From contig NC_007614.1 in the NCBI RefSeq assembly GCF_000196355.1, positions 2,610,001 through 2,642,000 on the forward strand: a DNA stretch of 32,000 nt, read 5' to 3'. Positions 9,512 to 18,860 of the stretch are shown piece after piece. How positions within the stretch are numbered: position 1 is the stretch's first letter; each line of letters opens with the position of its first letter. The notes beneath the pieces are model-generated. The model saw nothing but the letters and a program-made list of their open reading frames with translations. It did no database searches and was not told the origin of the DNA. The translations under genes and the position numbers were made by a program. The stretch is from Nitrosospira multiformis ATCC 25196 (GTDB taxonomy: Bacteria > Pseudomonadota > Gammaproteobacteria > Burkholderiales > Nitrosomonadaceae).

Positions 9512-11359
9512 CTATTTTTCCACTTGGCTTGCAGTCTTGTTCACATCACCTTTCAGATACTTGTCCAGAAACTCCAGTATTCGCCGATTCGCCTCGATCT
9601 GGTTTTTTTTCTTGGTAAAACTATGGCCTTCATCAGGGAAAACAATGTACTCCACCGGAATGCCATGCTTCCTGACCGCCTCCACCATTTCATCGCTCTC
9701 GGCCTTGACCACACGAGGGTCATTGACTCCCTGGATGACCAATAAAGGCTTTCGTATTTCCCTGGCATGGAACAGGGGGGAAGTCGCAACAAGAAAATCG
9801 ATGTCCGCCACGGGATCGCCAATTTCATCATAAATGGCTTTGCGGACGGACTCCCAGTAAACAGGAATGCTCTCCAGGGTACGCAGCCAGTTGCTGACGC
9901 CGAAAATGTCCACCCCTACCTTGAAAGCTTCAGGCCGGAACGCGAGGGCTGCAAGTGTCATGTAACCGCCATAACTCGCGCCCATGATGCCGATGCGCTC
10001 ATGGTCGATGTAACCGAGACTGGCCAGAAAGGTCTTCGCTTCCACACAATCCCACAAGGGCTCTCGTCCGTGCTTGCGGTTGGCCGCGGTAAAGAAGGTT
10101 TTACCATAGCCGGAGCTTCCCCGGTTATTGATGCCCAGCACGGCATATCCATGATTCACGAGGTACTGAATCTGGGCGTTATAACCCCGCATGGTCTGCC
10201 CGCCGGGTCCTCCATGAACGTACACGATGGCAGGCACCTTGTTGGTGCCTGATGCTTCATGCGGCTTGTAATAGATGGAGGGAATCATCATTCCATCGAA
10301 GGATCGGAACCGCACCACTTCCGCCTCCACCAGATCTGATGGATCGATCTCCTTGTTCAGGCTTTGCGTGAGTTGACGAAACTGCCCGGTGCTGAAATCG
10401 TGCACGAACAGATTATCGGGAGAGCGGTCGCCATTTACGTAGAAGGCCATGCGCGTGCTGTTTTGCGAAAAGACCACACCCCGGATTTCTCCCTGGGGTA
10501 GTGCTGGCAGTTTTACAGGTTTCTCCCTCTCTCCATCTTCAATTTCGACAACACGAACGACAATGCTTCCATCTGCGTTGATGCCAGTTACGCGGAATCG
10601 GCCATCGTATGAGAAATAGGTGTACATCACGTCCCACTCGGCACTCTCGTGGTCGCAGACGACCCCTGAAGTGAGATCATAGGTGCACAAATGCTTGAAT
10701 TCGCTTCCCTCCGTGGTAAGAAAGAAGAGCTTGCGCGAAGTGGAATCGAAGGTCTCAGCATGGAAACTGATGGAGCCCTCATGCGGCGTGAGGTGCCTTA
10801 CTTCCCGTTTTTCGACATCGAACAGGTAAATGTCACTGTCCGATGCGGTATGCGAGCGGTTCAGTGCAATCCAGCGCTCATCGCGACTGATGGGCCCAAG
10901 ATCGAACCCCTGGTGATTCCGGTACAGCAAGGTTCGCGCAAAAGTCTCGGCGTCATAACGGTATACATCGAAGAATCTGGCATCAAGCTCATTGGTAGCG
11001 ACGTAAAAAGCCTGTCCATCGGGGCTCCAGCCCATGAATTGCGCCTTGAGCTTTTCTCCCGGTGTCAGATCTTCCTCCTCGCCGTCGGGGGCGAGCAGGA
11101 ACAAATGATAATTTTCATCGCCATGATAATCCCGGGTAATCAGTACCCGATCATCATGCGGAAAGAAGCTGACCGAAAACGTGGTATCGCTGGCGGAGCA
11201 GGTCAACGCCTCTGCCGTACCACCTGTCACTGGCAGCGTGTAGGCATTGAAAATACCCGATTCATTACTGCTGAACAGGATGCGCTCCTCATCCGCGCTG
11301 AACGACGCCCCCATTATGGAGGTCGTCGCCATGAATTGTTCAATGGTGTAGCGTTTCAT
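9512..11359 (-). CDS. S9 family prolyl oligopeptidase-type peptidase
   Basis: N-terminal beta-propeller-like repeats; catalytic elbow RIGIMGASYGGYMTLAAL; YVHGGPGGQTMRGYN; C-terminal VIQGVNDPRVVKAESDEMV and FPDEGHSFTKKKN. Confidence 0.93.
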   Translation of the reverse strand: MKRYTIEQFMATTSIMGASFSADEERILFSSNESGIFNAYTLPVTGGTAEALTCSASDTTFSVSFFPHDDRVLITRDYHGDENYHLFLLAPDGEEEDLTPGEKLKAQFMGWSPDGQAFYVATNELDARFFDVYRYDAETFARTLLYRNHQGFDLGPISRDERWIALNRSHTASDSDIYLFDVEKREVRHLTPHEGSISFHAETFDSTSRKLFFLTTEGSEFKHLCTYDLTSGVVCDHESAEWDVMYTYFSYDGRFRVTGINADGSIVVRVVEIEDGEREKPVKLPALPQGEIRGVVFSQNSTRMAFYVNGDRSPDNLFVHDFSTGQFRQLTQSLNKEIDPSDLVEAEVVRFRSFDGMMIPSIYYKPHEASGTNKVPAIVYVHGGPGGQTMRGYNAQIQYLVNHGYAVLGINNRGSSGYGKTFFTAANRKHGREPLWDCVEAKTFLASLGYIDHERIGIMGASYGGYMTLAALAFRPEAFKVGVDIFGVSNWLRTLESIPVYWESVRKAIYDEIGDPVADIDFLVATSPLFHAREIRKPLLVIQGVNDPRVVKAESDEMVEAVRKHGIPVEYIVFPDEGHSFTKKKNQIEANRRILEFLDKYLKGDVNKTASQVEK

Positions 11360-11581
11360 ATCGAGCGTCCCCGCGATGCTGGATTTGGATTTTGGCTCGC
11401 GATAAACCTGAATAGAGCTGGAAGGAGCCGGGGATCAAACAATTGTCTGCCAGCGTCCAGTAAATAAGTAAAGCAGGCATACATATTAAAAGCCCATGGT
11501 TGAGATTATATATTAGGCGCCGCACGGAACCACTCACCATTTTTCTTCATCATCAAGCGATACGGCTTTACTGCCAGATAC

Positions 11582-13390
11582 ATGAAATGCATAAAGCGCA
11601 GCAACCGAGTTCAACCGGAAGAAAATGCGAACAGAGCGATGACAACCAAAACTTACGATATGGAGAGTCCTGATGCTGATAGGGAGGAACCGGAGCAGGA
11701 TGATCTGGAGGAAAGCCTGCATCAGATATTTGGCCTGGCACACCTGCGTCCCGGCCAGAGAGAGGTCATCGAAAGTGTCTTGAACGGGCGGGACACGCTT
11801 GCCGTAATGCCCACCGGGGGCGGTAAGTCCCTGTGTTACCAGTTGCCTGCACTCAATCTGCCGGGCACGGCGATTGTCGTTTCCCCTCTGATTTCGCTGA
11901 TGAAAGACCAGGCCGAGAAGCTCGAAGAGATCGGAGTTGACGCGGCGCAAGTCAACAGCATGCTGAATGCGGAGCAGGAGTCGGAGGCGCTGGAGAATAT
12001 TCGCAATGCAGATAGCGATGTCGTATTTGTGACGCCTGAACGGGTGTCCCATCCGGATTTCATCGCCGAGCTGCAGGCCATCCCGATAAATCTGTTCGTC
12101 ATTGATGAGGCCCACTGTATTTCCCAATGGGGGCACGACTTCCGTCCGGCTTACCTGGGACTGGGAGACGCGATCAAGGCACTGGGAAAGCCAACGGTAC
12201 TCGCGCTGACAGCCACTGCTACACCTGAAGTCATCGAGGATATTGCGCAACAACTCGGGCGTAGTTCCATGCATGTGGTCAACACCGGCATCTACCGGCC
12301 CAACCTGAATTATTCTGTCTTACAGGTTACGAATCCGGAAGAAAAGCTGGAGAAGCTGCAAGATTTGATTCAGAAAAGCCAGGGAAGCGGAATCATTTAT
12401 ACAGCCACGGTGAAAGCAGTGGAAGAGCTCGCTGCAGCACTCGCCGGAACGATTGCCGACATCGCGCTCTACCACGGACGCCTGCCGCGCAAAACGCGCA
12501 CAGAAAACCAGGAAACCTTCATGGAAGGCAAAAGCAGGATCATGGTGGCGACGAATGCTTTTGGCATGGGAATCGACAAACCTGATATCCGCTTCGTGGT
12601 GCACTTCCAGATGCCCGGCACACTCGAAGCATACTACCAGGAGTCGGGCCGTGCCGGCCGGGACGGCAAAACGGCCGAATGCACGCTGCTTTACGACGCG
12701 CAGGATAAGCGCATTCAGCAATTTTTTCTGGCGCGGCATCATCCCGACCAGGAGGACTTGCGCGAAGTGTACAAAGCAGTGCAAGACTTATCACCCGGTT
12801 CGCCGGCAATCAGAATCGATCAACTGCAAGAGAAAATCGGCAAATTTTCGGTTCGCAGGTTGCAGGTGATGCTTAGACTGTTGGAAGAACACCGCATCCT
12901 CAAGCGGGACAAGACGCTGGGCTATCGCCTGCACAAAAAGGATGTGAAAGCGGAAGACCTGCTCAGACTCGCGGAAAATGCGCACAGGAAAGCGGAGCAT
13001 GAGCGGGAGGCTCTGGAGCGCATGGTATTTTATGCCCAGAGCGGTTTTTGCCGCTGGAAGGTGCTGCTGGAGTACTTTGACGAGAAAGTCGAGTGGAACC
13101 ATTGCGGCCACTGCGATAACTGCATCAATCCGCCCGAAAACGAGCTTTCAGCGCGCCCTGTCCAAAGACAGGATAAAACGGGGCAAACGACTCCTGATAC
13201 CGATCCATCCCCCACCGAGAAGGAGTTGATTGTGGGGGCGGAGGTTGAGGTCGAGAAAGTGGGCAAAGGCAAGGTCGTGAACATCCGCTACGACATGGTG
13301 ACAGTCCTTTTCCCTGACAGTCAAAAACGCATTTTTATGAAAAACTACGTAAGGCCGCTCCAGCAAGCAGCGGAGAATAAGGGCAAGTAG
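11582..13390 (+). CDS. recQ: RecQ-family ATP-dependent DNA helicase
   Basis: Walker [17 protein letters not shown]; [20 protein letters not shown]; [10 protein letters not shown]; [24 protein letters not shown]; zinc-binding [11 protein letters not shown]...HCGHCDNC. An alternative start is the ATG of [11 protein letters not shown]. Confidence 0.94.
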   Translation: MKCIKRSNRVQPEENANRAMTTKTYDMESPDADREEPEQDDLEESLHQIFGLAHLRPGQREVIESVLNGRDTLAVMPTGGGKSLCYQLPALNLPGTAIVVSPLISLMKDQAEKLEEIGVDAAQVNSMLNAEQESEALENIRNADSDVVFVTPERVSHPDFIAELQAIPINLFVIDEAHCISQWGHDFRPAYLGLGDAIKALGKPTVLALTATATPEVIEDIAQQLGRSSMHVVNTGIYRPNLNYSVLQVTNPEEKLEKLQDLIQKSQGSGIIYTATVKAVEELAAALAGTIADIALYHGRLPRKTRTENQETFMEGKSRIMVATNAFGMGIDKPDIRFVVHFQMPGTLEAYYQESGRAGRDGKTAECTLLYDAQDKRIQQFFLARHHPDQEDLREVYKAVQDLSPGSPAIRIDQLQEKIGKFSVRRLQVMLRLLEEHRILKRDKTLGYRLHKKDVKAEDLLRLAENAHRKAEHEREALERMVFYAQSGFCRWKVLLEYFDEKVEWNHCGHCDNCINPPENELSARPVQRQDKTGQTTPDTDPSPTEKELIVGAEVEVEKVGKGKVVNIRYDMVTVLFPDSQKRIFMKNYVRPLQQAAENKGK

Positions 13391-13406
13391 TTCCTGGGGA
13401 GGGTAC

Positions 13407-14003
13407 ATGCTGAACGATCCTGTTGTTCTCATCCTGATGTACTTTATTCTGCCACTTTGGCTGGCGGCCGGATTCGCGGATTGGCTGTGCCATCGTGTGT
13501 CTCATATCGAAACGACCAGCGGGGCAAAGGAGTCTGTCTTCCATCTCATCATGCTCGCCGAGATGGGCCTGCCCTTGCTTGCCGCCATTTTCCTTCAGGT
13601 AAACGCCGGGATTATCGCCTTCATGATTGCCGCCTTTTTCCTCCATGAGATCACCGCGCTTTGGGATGTGAGCTATGCGGTAAAGGTACGCAGGGTCTCA
13701 CCCATCGAGCAGCACGTGCACAGCTTCCAGGAGATGATTCCACTCATGGCAATCCTGCTCTTGATCTCCCGTCACTGGGGGCAATTCCAGGCGCTTTTCG
13801 GGTTCGGACCCGAAACGCCGCGGTTCGACCTCTCCTGGAAGGAAGAGCAGCTGCCGGTAATTTACATAATTTCCATCATGACGGTTGCGCTGCTGTTCGA
13901 GATTATCCCCTTTGTAGAGGAGTTCTTACGCGGGCTGCGCGCGAACCACGGGAAGCTTGTGCCCACGAAAGCCTGGACGGGCGACGACGAGAATCCCGAG
14001 TAG
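13407..14003 (+). CDS. Hypothetical multi-pass membrane protein
   Basis: 198-aa ORF with several hydrophobic segments and conserved-looking histidines (DWLCHRVSHIE, ESVFHLIML, FFLHEITALWD, IEQHVHSFQEMIP); GGGGAGG Shine-Dalgarno; closely follows recQ. Confidence 0.8.
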   Translation: MLNDPVVLILMYFILPLWLAAGFADWLCHRVSHIETTSGAKESVFHLIMLAEMGLPLLAAIFLQVNAGIIAFMIAAFFLHEITALWDVSYAVKVRRVSPIEQHVHSFQEMIPLMAILLLISRHWGQFQALFGFGPETPRFDLSWKEEQLPVIYIISIMTVALLFEIIPFVEEFLRGLRANHGKLVPTKAWTGDDENPE

Positions 14004-14324
14004 TCAGGATTGAGACTTTTCCGTATCGTTGCATCTGATTTGCCACAAAAGCTCCCCATCCTTATCCAGGGCGCGCATGGGATCGAGGATGATGGGTGTT
14101 TGCTGGTCAATGAGCACATAACCATTCTTGCAAATTTCATTGGCGCCCTTCGTCAACGTTCGAGTTGCCCAATCCCGGCTGTTGGCACAAGGTCCCATGC
14201 GGGTTTTAATGAAATAATGGGTAGTTCCATCCCTCAATTTCATCGAACTTTGCGTGTATTCAGGCGTGCCTGCACAGGCATGCAGTAACGGAACGGCCAG
14301 CAGTGTAAGAACCCGGATTTTCAT
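14004..14324 (-). CDS. Hypothetical small lipoprotein
   Basis: MKIRVLTLLAVPLLHACAG signal with lipobox-like end; compact cysteine-containing domain. Confidence 0.6.
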   Translation of the reverse strand: MKIRVLTLLAVPLLHACAGTPEYTQSSMKLRDGTTHYFIKTRMGPCANSRDWATRTLTKGANEICKNGYVLIDQQTPIILDPMRALDKDGELLWQIRCNDTEKSQS

Positions 14325-14392
14325 GATCTTCCGAATATGAGGGAGGCTGATGATACAGGAGAGGGCGAGCCTGGCGGAATGAGAAAAGGATT

Positions 14393-15406
14393 TTATTTGA
14401 TGCCAATCACCATGGAATCAGTGCCCACAAGAGGTTCCACGCGAGTATTGGAAAACCCCGCCTCTTTCATCCATGCCATGCAATCCGCGCCGGTGAAATC
14501 GAAGCCTCCCGGCGTTTCTATCAGCATGTTCAGACTCATCATCAGGCCGAATGCATTCTGTGACCGGTCATCGTCTATGAGAGACTCATACACAACGAAG
14601 GCGCCCCCTGCCGGGAGCGCATCGAACGCCTTGCGAGTGAGCATTTTTTTCGTAGAGAGGTCCCAGTCATGCAGGATATGGCCCATCAGCACCACATCTG
14701 CCTGAGGCAGATCTTCCTCGAAGAAATTGCCAGGCACGAAAGAAACGCGATCAGCCACGTTCGCAGTTTGAGCGTACTGCTCGAAAATCGGACCTACCTC
14801 CGGGCGGTCGTAACCCATCCCGCGCAAATGAGAATTGGCAAGGGCGATCTGCACAGCGAGGTCCCCCTGTGCCGTGCCGACATCAACGAACGTATGATAG
14901 CCGTGCCATGGAAAAGCGCGCGCAATGGTCATGTTCGCCGCGCGGCTCACTCCAGTCATGGCGGCAAGAAATTCTTTCAATCCGGCAGGATCGGCATAAA
15001 GCTTCTCGAAGAGATCGGCCTCACCCGTTCTGATTTCGTTCTGCGGTTTGCCAGTCAGGAGCGCCTGGGTAAGATCGCTCCAGATCGGATAGAGCCGCCG
15101 ATTCGCCATCTCCAGAATGCCGCCAATGTATGATGGCTTGTTGCGGTCGAGAAACAGATCGGTTTCGGACGTATTGCTGTAGCGGTCACCTTCACGGTCC
15201 AGAAAGCCCAACGCTACAAGGGCATCCAGGAAATCGCGCGCACCGCGTGGGTGCAGCCCTGCCTGTTCGGCAAGGGCATCCAAACTCAGTGAACCTTGCG
15301 CCAATCGAGTGAACACACCCAACTCGACCGCAGAAAGCAGAGTCTTTGCCGGCCAGAAAGCCATGCCGGTTTTAAGAATATTCTCCGGGGTAAGCTGGTT
15401 TGTCAT
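14393..15406 (-). CDS. SAM-dependent O-methyltransferase with N-terminal dimerisation domain
   Basis: [38 protein letters not shown]... (dimerisation), [16 protein letters not shown] (SAM motif), [42 protein letters not shown]. Start placed at 15406, not the 15571 ORF-track start. Confidence 0.9.
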   Translation of the reverse strand: MTNQLTPENILKTGMAFWPAKTLLSAVELGVFTRLAQGSLSLDALAEQAGLHPRGARDFLDALVALGFLDREGDRYSNTSETDLFLDRNKPSYIGGILEMANRRLYPIWSDLTQALLTGKPQNEIRTGEADLFEKLYADPAGLKEFLAAMTGVSRAANMTIARAFPWHGYHTFVDVGTAQGDLAVQIALANSHLRGMGYDRPEVGPIFEQYAQTANVADRVSFVPGNFFEEDLPQADVVLMGHILHDWDLSTKKMLTRKAFDALPAGGAFVVYESLIDDDRSQNAFGLMMSLNMLIETPGGFDFTGADCMAWMKEAGFSNTRVEPLVGTDSMVIGIK

Positions 15407-15977
15407 TTGTTTTCCTGAGTAAAGGAGAATTGCTAAAAAACGGAGTATTTCATGTACGCGCGGGTTTCCTCCGCAACGCGCGTTACGCCTGTTTCGGTGA
15501 CTGTTGGTCCGTAAACAGGAAACGGGAATTGCGGCTGGATATATCATACCTATGTTGTCCGGATTTGCCATGAAATCAACCCGAAAGAAGATGCACGGGT
15601 CGAATCACCGAGTTTTGCTGAGTGAACCCACTCCCCTTCAAAGAAACAAACCCAGCTCAATTTCTTTTTTCTGCCTGGGTTCCAGTTTGACGCGCTTGTG
15701 AAGGCGTGCTACGTTGAAATCAATGCTCCGCGAATTACAAGATTCACAGGACCTCTGTCTGTAATCGTCGTCTGGGACGCCTGGAAAGCTTTAGGAATCG
15801 AAGCTGCTTCGAGAGTCCGGGATAAGTTGTTCGGGGGTTCATGAGGTGCTCCCGGCGCTTCAACCTGTCGACCCGTCTCAAGCGGGAAGCGACGGAAGCA
15901 TGTCAAGGCAGACGTTTTGTACCCGTTCAATTCTTCGATCAGCAGGGTAGCTATTGAGGATCAGGGAAAAGAATCCA

Positions 15978-16349
15978 ATGAACACAAAACGGCGCGCGAT
16001 CAGCAAGGATACGTTCGGTCTTTCCGGGCAGATTGCCGTGCTGACCGGAGTGTCTTCAGGCATAGGCCGCGCTTGCGCCCTTGCCTTGGGGCGCGTGGGC
16101 GTGAAGGTGGTAGTCAATCCCCTTCCTGAGGCCAGCGACGAGGCAGCCGAGGTGTGCCGAGAAATAGAAGCCGTCGGCGTGGACGCTTTTGCCTATGCCG
16201 CCGATGTGAGTAACGAAACTCAGCTCGCGGCTATGTTCACGGAAACGGTGGCACGCTTCGGCACTCTCCATATTCTGGTGAACAACGCCGGAATAATGTT
16301 CGCCGATGGCGCAATGTCGACCTATCCCGCGTTCCGTCGCGCGGGATGA
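15978..16349 (+). pseudogene. Truncated short-chain dehydrogenase/reductase (glucose-1-dehydrogenase-like), apparent internal deletion
   Basis: N-terminal Rossmann half (IAVLTGVSSGIGRACALALG...ILVNNAGI) runs directly into a motif resembling an SDR C-terminus (FADGAMSTYPAFRRAG). No YxxxK catalytic motif; about 123 aa versus about 250 aa for the family. Confidence 0.72.
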
Positions 16350-18229
16350 GCAAACCTATCGAAGAATACGGATTCATCGGTAACATGCTGAGCGGAGCGC
16401 TCGTCGCCCGTGATGGCTCGATGGATTGGCTTTGCCTTCCACGGTTCGATTCCGATGCATGCTTCGCCGCACTGCTGGGGGCATCCAAGCATGGTTATTG
16501 GCAGATTTCCCCGGCTGGCGAGAGTAACCGCTCTAGTCGGCGTTATCTGCCCCATGCACCGGTCCTCGAAACCACCTTCGAGACAGAGGGTGGCATCGTG
16601 ACGCTCGTGGATTTCATGCCGCTTTCAAATGACCCCGAGAGAGTCGATGTCGTTCGCCTTGTACAGGGGGTGTCGGGCAAGGTGCGGATGCGGATGGAGT
16701 TGGCCCTGCGCTTCGGCTACGGCAAGACCATTCCCTGGGTACGCCGCCGCGACTACGGCATCCACGCCGTTGCCGGCCCGGATGCGGTGGAACTGGCAAC
16801 TCCTGTCACCCTGCGCGGCGAGGACATGCGCACCGTTGCCGAGTTCGAGGTGGGAGAAGGCGACGTTATCCCCTTCACGCTCGCCTATCATCCCCTACAT
16901 CGAGAGCCTCACTTCATTGACGACGGCAGGAAGAGGCTCGAGCACACACTTGCCTGGTGGCGGGAATGGACCCGTATCTGCCAGCTCTCGGAACTGGAGG
17001 AACCCGGATGGAACGATGCAGTCGAGCGTTCGCTCATTACGCTCAAGGCACTCTCCTACCAACCAAGCGGGGGCATCGTCGCGGCGCTTACGACCTCCCT
17101 CCCCGAAGAGCTCGGCGGAGTCCGAAACTGGGATTACCGCTACTGCTGGATCCGCGACGCCACACTCACGTTATATGCATTCATGAATGCAGGATGCTTC
17201 GACGAGGCCGGGGCATTCAGGGAATGGATGCTTCGAGCGGCTGCGGGCGCCCCTGATCAGATGCAAATCATGTATGGGATCGAGGGTGAACGCCGCCTGA
17301 CTGAAATCGAACTGCCTTGGCTGCCGGGTTACGAGAACAGCCTCCCCGTGCGCATCGGCAACGGTGCGCATGAGCAGATTCAGGTAGACGTGTTTGGCGA
17401 ACTGATGGACACACTTTATACCGCCCGCAAGTCGCAACTCGGGCCGCATCAGGAAGCCTGGCGGTTTCAGCAAGCGATTCTTTCCCGACTGGAGAGTCTG
17501 TGGCGTGGGCCAGACCAAGGCATCTGGGAGGTGCGCGGTAGCCCCAAGCACTTCGTCTATTCGAAAATGATGGCTTGGGTCGCGTTTGATCGGGCCATAA
17601 AAGCTGTGGAGCAATTCGGCTTCCCTGGTCCTGTCGGGAAATGGCGCACGCTCCGCGATGAAATTCATCGGGAAGTGCTGGCGCGCGGCTATGATAAGGA
17701 ACGGAACACATTCGTGCAGCATTACGACGGCGTGGGACTGGATGCCTCCCTGCTGCTGATGGCCGAGGTAGGATTTCTCCCACCGGACGATCCCCGCTTT
17801 CGGGGAACGGTAGAAGCCATTGAACGCGACCTGATGGAAGATGGACTTGTGCTGCGTTACCGCGTTGGCGAAACCAAAGACGGGCTCGCCGGCGAGGAAG
17901 GAACTTTTCTCGTTTGCAGCTTCTGGCTTGCTGATGCCTATACAATGATCGACCGCGGTCACGATGCGGCAGTTCTTTTCGAGCGCCTCCTGTCTCTACG
18001 CAACGACCTCGGGCTTCTTGCCGAGGAATACCACCCCCGCCACCGGCGGCAACTGGGAAACTTCCCCCAAGCGTTTTCCCACGTGGGTTTGATCAATACG
18101 GCATACAACCTTCGCCGCATCAACGGCCCCGCCCAGCAGCGCGCTGATCGCAGCGCGTCGCCTCATGCCACTCACACCTCCTGGACCGGAACCGCGGGCG
18201 AGCAGCACCGCGAACGATCGATAGACTAA
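16346..18229 (+). CDS. Glycoside hydrolase family 15 protein (glucoamylase/trehalase-like)
   Basis: MSKPIEEYGFIGNMLSGALVARDGSMDWLCLPRFDSDACFAALLG; GGVRNWDYRYCWIRDATLTLYAFMNAGC; YGIEGERRLTEIELPWLPGYENSLPVRIGNGAHEQIQVDVFGELMD; EEGTFLVCSFWLADAY. Confidence 0.93.
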   Translation: MSKPIEEYGFIGNMLSGALVARDGSMDWLCLPRFDSDACFAALLGASKHGYWQISPAGESNRSSRRYLPHAPVLETTFETEGGIVTLVDFMPLSNDPERVDVVRLVQGVSGKVRMRMELALRFGYGKTIPWVRRRDYGIHAVAGPDAVELATPVTLRGEDMRTVAEFEVGEGDVIPFTLAYHPLHREPHFIDDGRKRLEHTLAWWREWTRICQLSELEEPGWNDAVERSLITLKALSYQPSGGIVAALTTSLPEELGGVRNWDYRYCWIRDATLTLYAFMNAGCFDEAGAFREWMLRAAAGAPDQMQIMYGIEGERRLTEIELPWLPGYENSLPVRIGNGAHEQIQVDVFGELMDTLYTARKSQLGPHQEAWRFQQAILSRLESLWRGPDQGIWEVRGSPKHFVYSKMMAWVAFDRAIKAVEQFGFPGPVGKWRTLRDEIHREVLARGYDKERNTFVQHYDGVGLDASLLLMAEVGFLPPDDPRFRGTVEAIERDLMEDGLVLRYRVGETKDGLAGEEGTFLVCSFWLADAYTMIDRGHDAAVLFERLLSLRNDLGLLAEEYHPRHRRQLGNFPQAFSHVGLINTAYNLRRINGPAQQRADRSASPHATHTSWTGTAGEQHRERSID

Positions 18230-18382
18230 ACTCCCTTTCGAAGTTCCGTCACAGGACTTTTTCGACGCATCGAAACACGGTGCAGAGAAAAGCAAGTCTG
18301 CCGGCAAACATCGATAAGCCAAGACTATAGCGCAGAAGCTCTCACCCGCTTTTATCTCGCTTTTGTTTTTGAACGGCTGGTT

Positions 18383-18574
18383 TCAACTGCCAAACGGTTG
18401 CCATAGCTCAACCGCAAGCATGAATATCCCTGGAATAGCAACACTTTTATCCCCTGTTTCAAGAGTTTTGGTAAACTCTCGCTTGCCAATCACTTCCTGA
18501 AGCTCGTCAGGGATGGCAATGCGGAACGAGAACGTATCTCCGCGTCTTTGCAGGTAAGGGATTTTTCTGGACAT
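18383..18574 (-). pseudogene. Phage-type integrase N-terminal fragment
   Basis: MSRKIPYLQRRGDTFSFRIAIPDELQEVIGKREFTKTLETGDKSVA resembles the extreme N-terminus of tyrosine integrases (DUF6538-like), then stops after 63 aa; located just beyond the 3' end of tRNA-Ser. Confidence 0.65.
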
Positions 18575-18671
18575 TGATCTGCGGGAGTGCTTTGTAGCAC
18601 TTTTATGTAGCAAAACATAAAAACCTACAGACAATCAGAAAGTTATTGAATTAACAGTAACTTAGGAAGGT

Positions 18672-18764
18672 TGGCGGAGAGGGTGGGATTCGAACCCACG
18701 TGCCAGGTTACCCTGACCATCTGATTTCGAGTCAGCGCCGTTATGGCCACTTCGGTACCTCTCC
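18672..18764 (-). tRNA. tRNA-Ser(CGA)
   Basis: Minus-strand GGAGAGG...CCTCTCC acceptor, GTGGGTTCGAATCCCAC T-arm, anticodon loop CTCGAAA, long variable arm GTCAGG/CCTGGC, encoded 3' CCA. Confidence 0.93.
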
Positions 18765-18860
18765 GTTGATGAACTATTTTATCAGCTTATCCTATGTTTT
18801 TCTCGCGCTTGGACAAGACTCGATGGCAGAATGTTTCCCGATTCTAGTTATCTCTTCTCA

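Noticed and set aside
15650-15682. aacccag ... ctgggtt inverted repeat considered as a terminator
   Set aside because: 19-nt loop with the T-run in the loop rather than after the stem; not a credible intrinsic terminator.
15709-15930. 73-aa minus-strand ORF in the gap before the SDR remnant
   Set aside because: No recognisable domain and no supporting Shine-Dalgarno; could be a relic but unsupported.
17171-17962. 263-aa minus-strand ORF inside the GH15 gene
   Set aside because: Antisense to a GH15 coding region whose motifs are unambiguous.
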